The notes beneath the pieces were generated by a model that saw nothing but the letters and a program-made list of their open reading frames with translations, searched no databases and had not been told where the DNA came from. The position numbers and the translations under genes are program-made. Shown here one piece after another: positions 1-10,791 of a stretch of 64,000 nt of DNA; positions within the stretch are counted from its first letter, which is position 1; each line of letters starts with the position of its first letter. This stretch comes from a virus (taxonomy: Duplodnaviria; Caudoviricetes). Location: positions 64,001 through 128,000 of the IMG/VR virus record IMGVR_UViG_2617270876_000003. One strand, written 5' to 3'.

Positions 1-128
1 AACACTTGCTATCATTTCTTTGAAATCATTGCTTCCGATTATCTTATTAATCTCACTGTTGATTATTTTTGTATCCATAAACACTCCTCATTTCTTCGTA
101 AAATATGTATTTCTTATAGAATTATTTA

Positions 129-479
129 TTATTCCTGCAAGACAAGTTTGTTATTTTCCCAATGTCCCATTCTAGCCCTGTCGCTTTCGATCTCATTCAA
201 ACTATTCATAACCTTCAAAGCTTCCTCGTAATTTGAAGTTGCAGAAAACACAATTCCACTTCTCCCCTGGACCACATACACTTCTCCCTTCGTAGATTTT
301 ACATTCTCTCTATGCTTCTTAACTTCATTCATTAATCTATAAATTAATACATCATCATCATTTGGATTCATGGGAATTCGAATTACTGCTGTTCTATTTA
401 TAAGTCTGGTTAGTGCTGATCTGGCCATTGATAAATCAACTGGTTCTTTGCATTTCTTATCGAATTCATCTTGATTCAT
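129..479 (-). CDS. hypothetical phage protein
   Basis: 116-aa ORF, translationally coupled to the upstream ORF. Confidence 0.7.
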   Translation of the reverse strand: MNQDEFDKKCKEPVDLSMARSALTRLINRTAVIRIPMNPNDDDVLIYRLMNEVKKHRENVKSTKGEVYVVQGRSGIVFSATSNYEEALKVMNSLNEIESDRARMGHWENNKLVLQE

Positions 480-892
480 TATTTGGTCTCCTTATAAAAA
501 TAATGTTCTTCGCCATTTGTGTGAGTCCATCTGTATTTCCAACCTTCTTTGATCAACAATGGAATTACTTCCTCTAGACTCTTACTGGTGCTTCGAATAA
601 GAGGCTTTGCTTCATTGTTGTAATTGAACCTCCAAGTTCCTATGTCATCTAAATATACTGTGGCTTGTATTTCATTAGGACTATTCTGCTTTTCAATTTC
701 AGTTGCCACATCCAATATCTCTTTAGAAATCTTCCTCAACTTATCAGCAGTCCAAGTTGTTCCTCCACGACCACCAAAATTCAATCCACTATGCAATATG
801 TATGGATGATTCGATGAATCCTTATTACCATCATTCTTTTTGATTGTTCCTGATACAAAGTTTCCTTTTACGATAATCTCATTGCTGAACAT
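479..892 (-). CDS. hypothetical phage protein
   Basis: 137-aa ORF with overlapping stop/start coupling. Confidence 0.7.
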   Translation of the reverse strand: MFSNEIIVKGNFVSGTIKKNDGNKDSSNHPYILHSGLNFGGRGGTTWTADKLRKISKEILDVATEIEKQNSPNEIQATVYLDDIGTWRFNYNNEAKPLIRSTSKSLEEVIPLLIKEGWKYRWTHTNGEEHYFYKETK

Positions 893-1338
893 TAAATCAT
901 CTCCTTAATCTCTACAGAAATAAGCACATACTTTCCAATGTACTGAGCCAACATGTTCTCAATATTATGTCCGCCAATGATTAAGTTTTCGGTACTAAAG
1001 TAAGAAATCGTCAATTCCGAATATCCAATCCAATCTACCTGAACATCTATTTCTCCCATTGAACTTAAAATGTGATAGTTAATTGCCTCATCGGGTGTAA
1101 ATTCTTTTTCGTTCAAGTAAATTTGAACAAAAGCCAGAGGAGATGAAAAGTGTTTAAATATCCCATCGCCGCCAATAGCTTTTCGGTGATAATCGCCATC
1201 ATAATCTGGAAATTCAATATCTGTTAATTTGTTTGCTATGTATTCCCCTAAATTTATTCCGTTGATGATGATGCCGTGGCCTTCTTCTTTATCAATGATT
1301 CCACTTAATATTATTTTATTAATCATTTGCTCATCCAT
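892..1338 (-). CDS. hypothetical phage protein
   Basis: 148-aa ORF with an upstream RBS (GAGGGAG). Confidence 0.75.
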   Translation of the reverse strand: MDEQMINKIILSGIIDKEEGHGIIINGINLGEYIANKLTDIEFPDYDGDYHRKAIGGDGIFKHFSSPLAFVQIYLNEKEFTPDEAINYHILSSMGEIDVQVDWIGYSELTISYFSTENLIIGGHNIENMLAQYIGKYVLISVEIKEMI

Positions 1339-1565
1339 TTCAAAATCTCCCTCGTTCTTTTATTTACTTCATTTTACTCACTTGATTAACCACATGAAAC
1401 ACGCATTTCATTTAGAAATAATAGAATCGAATAATTCATTATACATTATCTTTAGGTGCGTATAACTTTCTTTTTTATTATTATATTTATTATATAAAAC
1501 TATATTCATTATTAAGGATAACACTAATACAAATATCAATATGTACCGAAGATATCTGTTCATAT

Positions 1566-1943
1566 TCAATCCTCCTTCCTATTCTTCAACAATGCTAAGT
1601 CATATCCAGATTCAATAAATTTTAATGTCTTCTTTCTGTTACAATCGTTCCCCAAATATGTATATATCTCGTGCATATCTTCTAAAGTAAAGTCTGTTCC
1701 CAAATATTCATTTATAATTGCTCTAATTCGTTTTTGCCAATACTCACTTACACCCTTACATGCGGGTCTTGATAACCAAGCCAACACTTTCCGTTTAATA
1801 TCGATGTCTGTCTCAACGTCTTCTAGAAGGAAGTAGATATTATTTTTAGGTTCAACGATCAATTCAAAATTTGAATTAATGAAGACATTTGGCGAATGGT
1901 TCTGTACAATTTTCATAAACTTTTGGATTTCAATTAGGTTCAC
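1566..1943 (-). CDS. conserved hypothetical Firmicutes phage protein
   Basis: 125 aa. The WLSR...YLGTDF...IYTYLGN..NR...FIESGYD pattern is one I recall from Bacillota phage hypotheticals. Confidence 0.75.
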   Translation of the reverse strand: MNLIEIQKFMKIVQNHSPNVFINSNFELIVEPKNNIYFLLEDVETDIDIKRKVLAWLSRPACKGVSEYWQKRIRAIINEYLGTDFTLEDMHEIYTYLGNDCNRKKTLKFIESGYDLALLKNRKED

Positions 1944-2131
1944 TTCAGCCCTCCTCCACGTAGAACATTAGTTAACTTTTTTATTCCTTCGTCAAAATAT
2001 TTTCTTGATTCTTTAAATTTAGTAAATGTAACTGGTTCATATCCTTGTGATCTTGCATGATTACAATAGTGACCATACTTTTTGAACATGTAACGGCGTT
2101 CATCTTCAATCATTTCTCGGTATGCGATCAT
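1940..2131 (-). CDS. hypothetical phage protein
   Basis: 63-aa ORF coupled to its neighbours. Confidence 0.65.
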   Translation of the reverse strand: MIAYREMIEDERRYMFKKYGHYCNHARSQGYEPVTFTKFKESRKYFDEGIKKLTNVLRGGGLK

Positions 2132-2358
2132 CCTTTTAGTTCCTCCAATGCATCTTCAAGATTATCTGTCCAACCCCACGTTCCCCCTTGAAGCAATGTT
2201 TCTCCTGTATTTTCATCACTCAAATAAATTTCAGAATACTCTTCTCCTTCTTCATTTGTGTAATTTAACCACCAAATGTCTACATATTTTAAATCTTTGT
2301 TGTTTCTTAACTCTGCTTGAATTTCTTTTGGTAGTTCATCGATCAATACGAATGTCAT
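2128..2358 (-). CDS. hypothetical acidic phage protein
   Basis: 76-aa ORF. Confidence 0.7.
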   Translation of the reverse strand: MTFVLIDELPKEIQAELRNNKDLKYVDIWWLNYTNEEGEEYSEIYLSDENTGETLLQGGTWGWTDNLEDALEELKG

Positions 2359-2388
2359 CTATTCACCCACATTTGTTTTATTTTTACT

Positions 2389-2565
2389 TTATTTATGCTG
2401 CATAAACATTGCCATGAACGAAAATAGTATGATGCTCGCAAAAAATGCTACTGTGACACTAATCATTCCATCTACAAAGCCGATGCTAAAGAGAAACGAA
2501 AAAAGTGATGATAGCACAAGAAATATTAAACAGAAAACCATATCACCTTTATTGATCTTCTTCAT
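2389..2565 (-). CDS. small membrane protein (probable start MKKINKG)
   Basis: Two hydrophobic segments. The RBS (AAGGGAG) follows junction site 2583, so the start is later than in the ORF track. Confidence 0.6.
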   Translation of the reverse strand: MKKINKGDMVFCLIFLVLSSLFSFLFSIGFVDGMISVTVAFFASIILFSFMAMFMQHK

Positions 2566-2646
2566 TTCTTTCTCCCTTCTTGATAAAACGTGCCTTTCAT
2601 TAACAAGAGTGCTTTTTGTTTTATATTTATATTTACTCATTAATTC

Positions 2647-2687
2647 AATTTGTGCGTGTATAGAACTAATCCACACACGCACAAATT
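2647..2687. terminator. hairpin downstream of the kinase gene
   Basis: AATTTGTGCGTGT...ACACGCACAAATT inverted repeat. Confidence 0.6.
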
Positions 2688-2691
2688 CTCT

Positions 2692-4236
2692 TTAAATATG
2701 TTGCATGATGGTTTCACTTACAAGGCTCAAAAAACTTTCGCTCTCAATTATTTCTCCTTCAATTCGAGCCCCCATAACATTAATTTCAATTAAAACCTTA
2801 TCCAAATCTTTTAGTTCAACAGCGAAAGGCTCTAATAAATTAGCTGGCTTTTGATACCACGATGACAACTTGTTCTTCATCATATACCATGATCCATAAA
2901 GCTCACCCTCACCTCTTACTAATATTAAATTAAATCCTCTACCATTCACAACTTCTATATAGCCCCAAGCAACGATAAGTCGATCTTTTAGTTTTGGTCG
3001 CCGTACCACTTTTCTCTTTGTCTCAAAAAAACGATCTTCCTCTATCTTTTCAAAATTCTTGTCATACAAAATTTCAAATTTTAGTGTTCCTCTTTCTCCA
3101 GAAGGAAATCTAATATCAATATTGATTCTGTCTTGTTCAAGGCTTCTTATATCTCCAAGATTAATTTGTCCTTTTGTGTATTTCGTATTAAACTCATCAA
3201 TAAATTCTCTAAGCGGAGAATATATTTCTTGTTGGAATTGGTAGTTAATTTCTTTAATGTATTCTAAATGTTCTTTTCGCTTTCTTTCTGCTTCGAGTTC
3301 GAGTGTTTTAAACGAGTCATCCTTACTCACTCTAATGTTCACCAAATTATCTATTAAACTAGAGTTAGAGGTGGGAGGTATATCATCAATTTGCATGGTT
3401 GCCTCTACTTCATTCCAGTTCTTATATCTTCGGGCCACATTTTTTTCCAACATAGTAGTAATCATCTGAATCATTCCATTTGGGATGGAGTCATTGATTT
3501 GTTTTATTGGCTTGATATTTTGATAGAAATGCGCTTGTTGCCAGCTATGCATATCATCGATTGCAACATCATATGGATGTTGCAATGTAGCCAATTCATA
3601 GAACACAATTCCCATAGAGTAAATATCATTCTGTATGGTATTTGTCTCTTGTCTCCACCTTTCTGGTGCAGTATATTTTATTGAACCATCTGCTTTAAAT
3701 GTAAGTTGTCGCGTACCTTCATTAGCGTTTTTAGAAATGCCAAAATCAGCTATTTTTAAAATTCCATCTTTAATAAGTATATTCTCTAGTTTTATATCTC
3801 TATGTACTAAATGCTCATCCTCATTTATTGCTTTCATACCGTTTATTAATTGTGAATAAAGACCCTTTAACTCTGCCACATCAAAAAACTCGCCTTTTTG
3901 TTTTTGCCTTGTAACTGCATCTAATAATGTACCTTGATTGGCAAACTCCATGATTAAATATGGTGGAAGTCCTTTGTAGGTCTCTCCATCGTGTACATAA
4001 AAATATTTTAAAACATTAGTGTGATTAACTCTAAGTGCTGCCTGACATTCATTAAAAAAGGCATCATATGAGTGGGCCGAAGGGAATCCTGTAGGAAGTG
4101 TTTTTAGTGCGGATATGGAATCATCGACCGTATTTCTTAAACGGTACACAAACCCAAATCCTCCTCTTCCTATCATTTCTAAAACCTCGTAGGCTGTCTG
4201 GGCATGGTCAAATGCAATTGTTCCAGGTGTTATCAT
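2692..4236 (-). CDS. Hanks-type serine/threonine protein kinase
   Basis: IGRGGFGFVY glycine loop, ALK, HRDIKLEN catalytic loop, DFG, YTAPE and DIYSMG, followed by a C-terminal domain of unknown function. Confidence 0.95.
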   Translation of the reverse strand: MITPGTIAFDHAQTAYEVLEMIGRGGFGFVYRLRNTVDDSISALKTLPTGFPSAHSYDAFFNECQAALRVNHTNVLKYFYVHDGETYKGLPPYLIMEFANQGTLLDAVTRQKQKGEFFDVAELKGLYSQLINGMKAINEDEHLVHRDIKLENILIKDGILKIADFGISKNANEGTRQLTFKADGSIKYTAPERWRQETNTIQNDIYSMGIVFYELATLQHPYDVAIDDMHSWQQAHFYQNIKPIKQINDSIPNGMIQMITTMLEKNVARRYKNWNEVEATMQIDDIPPTSNSSLIDNLVNIRVSKDDSFKTLELEAERKRKEHLEYIKEINYQFQQEIYSPLREFIDEFNTKYTKGQINLGDIRSLEQDRINIDIRFPSGERGTLKFEILYDKNFEKIEEDRFFETKRKVVRRPKLKDRLIVAWGYIEVVNGRGFNLILVRGEGELYGSWYMMKNKLSSWYQKPANLLEPFAVELKDLDKVLIEINVMGARIEGEIIESESFLSLVSETIMQHI

Positions 4237-4338
4237 TAGAAATCCTCCTTTGTCGATTATGTTCTAATTATACAATATTTGAAAGCAATGCATCATCAAA
4301 GGATTTTGAATGAAATAGACCTTTCAACGTCTTTTTTC

Positions 4339-4488
4339 TCAGCACCATTCTTTTTGAGTGTTGCCACATTTACGACATTCAATATAAACTTCATTTTCAT
4401 ATTCTCCGGGATTACAAGAGAAATAAATATCTTCACTCCCACAATTATCACAAATAATTGCAAATCCTTTATTCACATCTTCATTCAT
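4339..4488 (-). CDS. 49-aa zinc-ribbon-like protein (not in the ORF track)
   Basis: MNEDVNKGFAIICDNCGSEDIYFSCNPGEYENEVYIECRKCGNTQKEWC, with two CxxC motifs, an RBS, and flanking sites at 4310 and 4510. Confidence 0.7.
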   Translation of the reverse strand: MNEDVNKGFAIICDNCGSEDIYFSCNPGEYENEVYIECRKCGNTQKEWC

Positions 4489-4556
4489 TTATCTCTTCTC
4501 CTTTTCTTAATGAATGAACTCTTTTACTAATCTACAATATTATTGTTGACTATTAG

Positions 4557-4751
4557 TTAATATTGTTTAATCTTTGTGTTTTTCACTTGATCCTCCTCCT
4601 TAGGTAAAAACAGCAATTCATGTAATAACACCATTCTCTCACTACCATCTTCTTCAACAGCATAGAACCCTGGCTTATCTGAGTTTAATTCACATTCAAT
4701 TCCACACTTATCCGCGATACTTAGAACTTCTTCCAGAGTTTTATCAAACAT
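4557..4751 (-). CDS. hypothetical protein
   Basis: 64-aa ORF with RBS. Confidence 0.65.
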   Translation of the reverse strand: MFDKTLEEVLSIADKCGIECELNSDKPGFYAVEEDGSERMVLLHELLFLPKEEDQVKNTKIKQY

Positions 4752-4780
4752 TTGTATTTTCCTTTCTTTTGACTAAAAAT

Positions 4781-5101
4781 TCATCTAAACTCTTTTCTGT
4801 ACTTAAAGTTAATCTTATATGTATATTCTCCTGTCGGGCTTGTAGCTAATGGTGTTCCATCTTTCCTCCAAAATCCTGACACCACACCAGTTTTGTCAAT
4901 TGTTATATCTTTTACATCACATTTCATTAAGTGACCTTTGATTATTGAAAACATAGAATCAATCAATGCCTCTTTTTGTTCTTCTGTGTATGCGAATTCT
5001 GATAACTGATATGGCTTATCTAGATATTCGGCAACTCCCGGTATTTCTCTTACTTCTCTCATAAAATTTTTAAAATCTTGTCCAAGTTTTTTATCTTTCA
5101 T
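4781..5101 (-). CDS. hypothetical protein
   Basis: 106-aa ORF with RBS. Confidence 0.7.
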   Translation of the reverse strand: MKDKKLGQDFKNFMREVREIPGVAEYLDKPYQLSEFAYTEEQKEALIDSMFSIIKGHLMKCDVKDITIDKTGVVSGFWRKDGTPLATSPTGEYTYKINFKYRKEFR

Positions 5102-5146
5102 CTCTCAATTCCTTTTCTTATTTTTTTTAAATTACTTCATTTATTT

Positions 5147-5353
5147 TTACTTAATAATATCAATCGAACTCAATGGAACTACATCCTCAATACCTTTAAT
5201 GTTGGTGCTCTCTGCCCATAAATAATCTACAACTGCGTTTTCTCGATAAAAGACTATTCCGGTTACAATATCGCCCGTATCAAAAGCCTTAAAACGCTCT
5301 CCGTTATTATCCCAATATACGTCTTCTTCAACTTTAAAATTAACCTCTTTCAT
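5147..5353 (-). CDS. small hypothetical protein (probable start MKEVNF)
   Basis: GGAGG RBS before the ATG at 5353, with a promoter at 5404-5432. Confidence 0.6.
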   Translation of the reverse strand: MKEVNFKVEEDVYWDNNGERFKAFDTGDIVTGIVFYRENAVVDYLWAESTNIKGIEDVVPLSSIDIIK

Positions 5354-5403
5354 ATGTATCATCCTCCAAATAAAATAGGTGGTAAATAACTTCACTAAAG
5401 TCA

Positions 5404-5449
5404 TTATACCACCTTGTAATTCTATTGTATATACTTATTTTTACTTTAT
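5404..5449 (-). promoter_or_regulatory. sigma-A-like promoter with upstream ATAAAGTAAAAATA box
   Basis: Minus strand: ATAAAGTAAAAATAAG-TATACA-17 bp-TATAAT with extended TG. Confidence 0.7.
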
Positions 5450-5955
5450 TAACTGAATCTAAGATGTTTTTTGTCCGTTATAAGTTCAACGCCATCAACA
5501 ATTTTTCCGGCCTTAGCATCAGCAAGCAGTGTTTTAGTATCTACTTTTGCTGGTTGCGGAATTTTATAAACTTCTGGGATCTTTTTCTCATCCAGCACAT
5601 TAATTGACGGAGGATTCTTTTGTAATCTCACCTTAAAGATGCCTGCATTAACTTTTTCAATGCCGTTTGCCTCAAGCAATGATTGCACATAAGCTTTAAT
5701 TCCGTCATATCTGCATTGCAATGTCTTGCGTTTCTTTGCAAGCCGCTCTTCTTCGTCTTTGTAGATTTTAATTTCTGATTCAATATTTTTCAATAACTTT
5801 GTTGTGTTCTCTACCTTTACCTCAATCATATCCTCAATTGACTCCAAACTGTCGAGCAATGTCTGAAGATTGTCATCATCGAGATCACCATCTAAAGCAT
5901 CCTCAATGTACTGATTGAGTAAAGTATATTTATCCATTAATTCGTATAATTTCAT
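5449..5955 (-). CDS. Siphovirus Gp157 family protein
   Basis: MKLYEL start, coiled coil (EEERLAKKRK) and KNPPSINVLDEKKIPEVY motif. Confidence 0.9.
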   Translation of the reverse strand: MKLYELMDKYTLLNQYIEDALDGDLDDDNLQTLLDSLESIEDMIEVKVENTTKLLKNIESEIKIYKDEEERLAKKRKTLQCRYDGIKAYVQSLLEANGIEKVNAGIFKVRLQKNPPSINVLDEKKIPEVYKIPQPAKVDTKTLLADAKAGKIVDGVELITDKKHLRFS

Positions 5956-6020
5956 TATTTTATTACTCCTTTATGTATATTTATTAATTAATTTTATGAT
6001 GAAACTTATGTTTTATCGGA

Positions 6021-6945
6021 TTATTTTTCTTTCTCTTTGTAATTAAAGTCATCAAGTATATTTTTTATATCTTGTGTTCGCTCATCTTTTCCATATCCAA
6101 GAGTGTAATTTTTGCTTGTTATTCCAAACTGAATAATTTTATGGTTCCCATTCGACCATTTTTCCTCTAGGACACTAAAAGAAGTGATTGTATTCTTCCC
6201 CTGTGAGAGATAAATTCGCTCATCTCTTTCTTTGTCTTTATTATAATTGTCTATGTATTCTTTAATCAGTCTTACTTCTTCCTCAAATTGAGGATTGTTG
6301 ATAAATCCAAATTTATTAGTGACTTTATGGTTATTTCCAAACATACTCGATTTTGCTCCGCATTTGGGGCATCCTGAAGGATAATAGCCATCACCCATCA
6401 TAGTAGGTTCCTTGGTCATCTCAGATTCTTGTATTTCAGTATTGCAACTATAACAAATCCTAATGTCATCTTTAAGATATTTTCCTAGTTTGTAATCATT
6501 CTTCATGATTTCAATTTTCAAATCATTATCAATAATATAATCAATTATTCTCTCTTTTACCTTCTTTTCTCTGCAACATTCAAGACACATATCACCATGA
6601 CCGGAAATGGTAATAAAACCCTCGTTGAACTTGATTCCGCTGTAGTAAATTGGTTTATCGAAATTCTTGTCGCCTTTGCTATGATACCGTCCTGATCGTG
6701 GATAACGCTTATAATCGGGTTTCTTGTCACAGTAACCACATGAACGGATGCTCTTATATGTCCATGTTAGTTTACCATTCTTTTCGGATTGCTTAATAAT
6801 CTCATTGATAATGGGTAGATCATCAAACCCATAGGATGATTCTTTTTTTGCTTCATCAATGATTTTTTGGGCAGACTCTGATACTTTGCCATCTAGCTGA
6901 AGTAATTCGTTGATTGTAAGTTCAATTTCAAACTTTTTAGAAATA
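6021..6945 (-). CDS. Cys-rich hypothetical protein (several CxxC)
   Basis: CGYC, CLEC, CYSC and CPKC motifs. The GGAGGAG RBS after site 6966 points to a start near ATT-TCT-AAA rather than 7049. Confidence 0.7.
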
Positions 6946-6972
6946 CTAACTCCTCCTTTTTGGTGATGAAAT

Positions 6973-7461
6973 TTAGATTTTGTTTGCTCTCTCATAAACC
7001 GCGCAATATCCAAGCACAAAAATCTTAAAATTAGTGTACAATTCTTCAATTGAATTTGCCGAATTCATAATTGACGGCGTTCCACAAAACATAGGGAACT
7101 GAAATTCTTTTGAATATCCATTCTCATCCATGAAAGTTGTAAATGCATTCAAAAGATCCATGAGATAGGCAGATTCTCCATTTTGATTTTTAAACATATA
7201 GTGAGTTTCAATTCCAAGCATGTAGAGCTTACTTTTTCTATCATATGTAATGTCAATATCATTCATTGTGTAGATACTTGCACTCTTACCCGTTAAATCG
7301 TCCCATGATTGAAGACCCCATACATGCTTCAGAGAACCAACATTAAATTCATTATCTTCGTAATCTGGATATAGTTTCTTACACTTTTTTACCTCAAAAT
7401 AATGTTGTATATTCCAAAACTTATCCTCAAAATACCATTTAATTCTGTTTATAAATTTCAT
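6973..7461 (-). CDS. hypothetical protein
   Basis: 162 aa with RBS, bounded by sites 6966 and 7475. Confidence 0.75.
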   Translation of the reverse strand: MKFINRIKWYFEDKFWNIQHYFEVKKCKKLYPDYEDNEFNVGSLKHVWGLQSWDDLTGKSASIYTMNDIDITYDRKSKLYMLGIETHYMFKNQNGESAYLMDLLNAFTTFMDENGYSKEFQFPMFCGTPSIMNSANSIEELYTNFKIFVLGYCAVYERANKI

Positions 7462-7494
7462 TATTCATCTCCTTATGAAAGTTATATTTCATCA

Positions 7495-8424
7495 TTAATG
7501 TGATTTGTATTTATTGAAAGTAGTCTCATTAAAATTATAATTCACATTTCCAATTACAAATGTTGATTTTTTATAAATCCCTTTTCGATCTTTTTGTTTA
7601 TAAAAATCTCCCACTAACCTAAAATTCTCGTTCAAGTAACTCTCAATCAAGCCTACGGCTACAACTGAATAATAAACCGCAACTCCTACTTCCCCCGTAT
7701 ATATCTTTTCTCGTCTAACGTTGATGAACTCATCCTTATAGCCAATAGTGTTATTGTAAATTCTTAATTCTCTGGCAATCGCATCGACAAACATAAAGTG
7801 GGGCTTATTGCTAGTAGAGAACAGCTTGTATCTTCGTGCGATATTATCATTGGATACAAATCCTTCATTAACCTGTTCTTTGTTAAATTCTTCTTCTAAA
7901 CGCTCAACTTTATTGCCTATTTTAACTATTTTTTTATCTTGCTCTAAATTCTTCTTATCCTGTTCAACCATGAAGTTTACAGTTGCTTGTAAAATTTCCA
8001 ATTCTGTAGGGATTTTTATTGGCACAATATTACCAGATTCCCTCATGTCAAAATACTCATCTAATATTTGATCATATACAGACCATGAATGTTCGTCATC
8101 AAATATCTTTATTAACTTTGCATATCCTCTTTCAGATAATAGGTAGATATTTTTTGCTGCATTAATCGAATTAATTGTAAAAATCTCGCGGTCGACCAAA
8201 TCGACTGCGAAATCTAATCCTTTCACATCAATAACATCTACACCGTCAATAAATCTTTTTCTGTTACTATTGATTGCTTCATTTACGTGCTTCAGTTCTT
8301 TCTTGTGCATTTCAGCGATATGCTTCGCAAGCATTGCTCTTTTGTCTATCCCGAAACCACCCGATATATGTGGAATTGTTTTTCCACGAACAATCACATT
8401 ATTATTAATAGCTAAATTCTCCAA
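7495..8424 (-). CDS. ORF6N-domain phage antirepressor-like DNA-binding protein
   Basis: GGFGIDKRAMLAKHIAEMH...INSNRKRF..GVDVID...IYLLSERGYAKLIKIFDD..SW..YD...DEYF. Confidence 0.85.
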   Translation of the reverse strand: MENLAINNNVIVRGKTIPHISGGFGIDKRAMLAKHIAEMHKKELKHVNEAINSNRKRFIDGVDVIDVKGLDFAVDLVDREIFTINSINAAKNIYLLSERGYAKLIKIFDDEHSWSVYDQILDEYFDMRESGNIVPIKIPTELEILQATVNFMVEQDKKNLEQDKKIVKIGNKVERLEEEFNKEQVNEGFVSNDNIARRYKLFSTSNKPHFMFVDAIARELRIYNNTIGYKDEFINVRREKIYTGEVGVAVYYSVVAVGLIESYLNENFRLVGDFYKQKDRKGIYKKSTFVIGNVNYNFNETTFNKYKSH

Positions 8425-8460
8425 ATATCTATCTCCTCATATTTTGATTAAATCACGATT

Positions 8461-9169
8461 TTATGACCCAAAATGCTCCAACTGGTTATTCTCCAGTATT
8501 TCAATCTCACGCTCACTAAACCCAACGTCATTGAGTCTCAGGAGCATCTTACTGACCTCTTTATTACTTACTGTCATTCCTTCTTTCAACAAATCGTGGG
8601 AGCCTTACAATGGTTCCTACGATGTCCCTGGCCCTGCCCTCGTTGTAATAGATCTTATTCCCTCTTACGAATTTCCAATCGCTCAAGCAAACAACTTTTC
8701 CATTCTTCCAATACGTCATATTGTGCTTGAAGTCAAATTGATTGATCACCTCTTCCGGCTTTCCAATCCATTGAGTAATGATCTGGTATCTCCCAAGTGA
8801 GATTGCATTTTGAGTAATAGTCATATTGATGTCTTTGTACAATCCACCGCTTCGTAAATCGCCTTTGTAGGTTGTTTGGTTCAAGAAATACTCCCTAAGT
8901 CGTTCACCCAAATAATCCGACTCTACAAAAAAATCATAATCCTTCGGTTCCTTACCATGATAAAGACTGTAAATGCAGCCACCAGAGATGTATGACTTAT
9001 CAAAGAATTCTTTTCGCAATCCTTCTGGTAGCAACTTAATTAGGTCATCTTTGACATATAGAAGCTCATTATTGATCTTATTAATCTTCTCATTATGTAT
9101 TTGTTCTGGTGTTTTATATGCATTCTTAAAGATTCCCATCTTCAATAACAATTGTTTAATTCGTTTCAT
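8461..9169 (-). pseudogene. nucleotidyltransferase-like phage protein with a +1 frameshift near 8580
   Basis: YISGGCIYSL...PKDYDFF (GG...DxD) and FDF motifs. Removing one A gives ...RFVERGMTVSNKEV...EHFGS*, which ends at a stop inside site 8447. Confidence 0.65.
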
Positions 9170-9210
9170 TCTATTCTCCCCTCAAAATTCTTGATCAAAT
9201 TCTCCATTTA

Positions 9211-9618
9211 TCAAGTTTTTTGTTCATCTTCATCTTCAATGTCATCCTCAGTTTCGTTATAATATTCATCCAACGAATAATATCCCGTATTGCTTCCACT
9301 GTCTAGCAATCTTTTCTCATGGACGCATGACTTAATGAAGTCAAACAGACAATCATCACACACATTGATTACGAACTCACTTCCGTCCATCTTACTACCA
9401 TAGCCAGCACGATAATGGTTTGGAGAAAGCTCCCATACTTCGTTTTGTAGATACCATTCAGAATGATTATCGTCTAGTGAATACTTTGTTTCTTTGCCGC
9501 ATTTGTCACAAATATGAGTATGTAAAACCCCACATTCTTTTTCATGTTCGGTGCATTGGTATTCATTAGAGAATGTCTCGTTGCATTTTTCGCATTCATA
9601 TGTATTATTAATTTTCAT
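9211..9618 (-). CDS. zinc-finger protein
   Basis: CEKC...C..HE..C, CDKC and CDDC motifs. Confidence 0.75.
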   Translation of the reverse strand: MKINNTYECEKCNETFSNEYQCTEHEKECGVLHTHICDKCGKETKYSLDDNHSEWYLQNEVWELSPNHYRAGYGSKMDGSEFVINVCDDCLFDFIKSCVHEKRLLDSGSNTGYYSLDEYYNETEDDIEDEDEQKT

Positions 9619-9903
9619 TCATTCGCTCTCTTTCTTGTTTTTATTCTTATGCATTTCCTTGAATCTCTCACTTGCTGCCTGTTTTTGCTCATCGCTCATA
9701 TTTCTTTCTTTGCCTGTTCTAAAGGACACTTGATTAAACTTTAGATCTTTATAATAATGACCTCCATCCGAATCAACTTTATAGGCTTCTGCACCTACTT
9801 TACGCAATTTTGTAATGATTGTTTGCTGTAGTGTGTACACAGACCACGTTTTGCAGTCATCGTCGGAGCGAATTATTGTTTCTCGTTCTTCTGCTGTTGC
9901 CAT
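9619..9903 (-). CDS. hypothetical phage protein
   Basis: ERETII...W.VYT...RNMSDEQKQAASERF pattern typical of small Firmicutes phage proteins. Confidence 0.75.
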   Translation of the reverse strand: MATAEERETIIRSDDDCKTWSVYTLQQTIITKLRKVGAEAYKVDSDGGHYYKDLKFNQVSFRTGKERNMSDEQKQAASERFKEMHKNKNKKESE

Positions 9904-9945
9904 ATGTATTAATCATCCCTTCTGTTTAATGATGAAAGTTTCATT

Positions 9946-10602
9946 TTATTCGACTATTTCTAACTTTACTTTTTTGCTTCTGTTGGCAAATCCAGATATA
10001 TCAACACCATCAATAGTTATTTTTGTACTATATTCTTCTCGAACGATCTCCATTTTACCGATGATAGAGGTATTGACATATTGCTCAAAGTTTTTAACAA
10101 ATCCTTCAATATCGCCAAACTTATATTCTTCATGTTCTTCGTATTCATTAAGATTAAATCTGAAGTTAATAAGATGTTCCCCTTCACCTGAAGCTTCCCA
10201 CATTTGATGAACATTTAGCTCAATACCAAATCTCTCGTTGACCTCTTTAATAATTCTCTCGCTAAATTGGAAGAAGTCACCGTAGTGCCTAACTGCCTGT
10301 TCAATATCACTAAAACGGTGATAATAATAATTCCACTCTCCTTCGCCAATCTGAAAAGAGAAATCGCAAATATCTGAATCTAGTGAAACTAGGTAGCCAC
10401 CATCATCTAGATCTGTTTTAACTTTAATATCAACATATTCAGGAAGTGAGCTTCGAAATTTTTTATAAATGTTTTCTATACTTAAGCCATTTTCATCTTC
10501 TACTGAATCAACTTGTTTAACATATGTATTTTTTAAATATTCTATCAACTCGTCTTCACTCAAAAATTCCGTACCATCGATCTTAGAAATATATTTCTTC
10601 AT
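9946..10602 (-). CDS. hypothetical acidic protein
   Basis: 218 aa. The stop codon lies inside site 9932. Confidence 0.75.
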   Translation of the reverse strand: MKKYISKIDGTEFLSEDELIEYLKNTYVKQVDSVEDENGLSIENIYKKFRSSLPEYVDIKVKTDLDDGGYLVSLDSDICDFSFQIGEGEWNYYYHRFSDIEQAVRHYGDFFQFSERIIKEVNERFGIELNVHQMWEASGEGEHLINFRFNLNEYEEHEEYKFGDIEGFVKNFEQYVNTSIIGKMEIVREEYSTKITIDGVDISGFANRSKKVKLEIVE

Positions 10603-10791
10603 GCGTTTCCTCCATTTATTTTTAAGTGAAATGCTGATTTTATTTACTCTTCGACAAGCATTTTAATTTCCCATTTACGCCCATCTTTGTCGGTTATGGT
10701 TGCTACGGCAGTATTTTCAATCAAATGTGTGCCAGTCATCTGTGCCTTCTTGCCAAAGAACTTTGTAAGTTGATTATAAAAATAGATTGAA

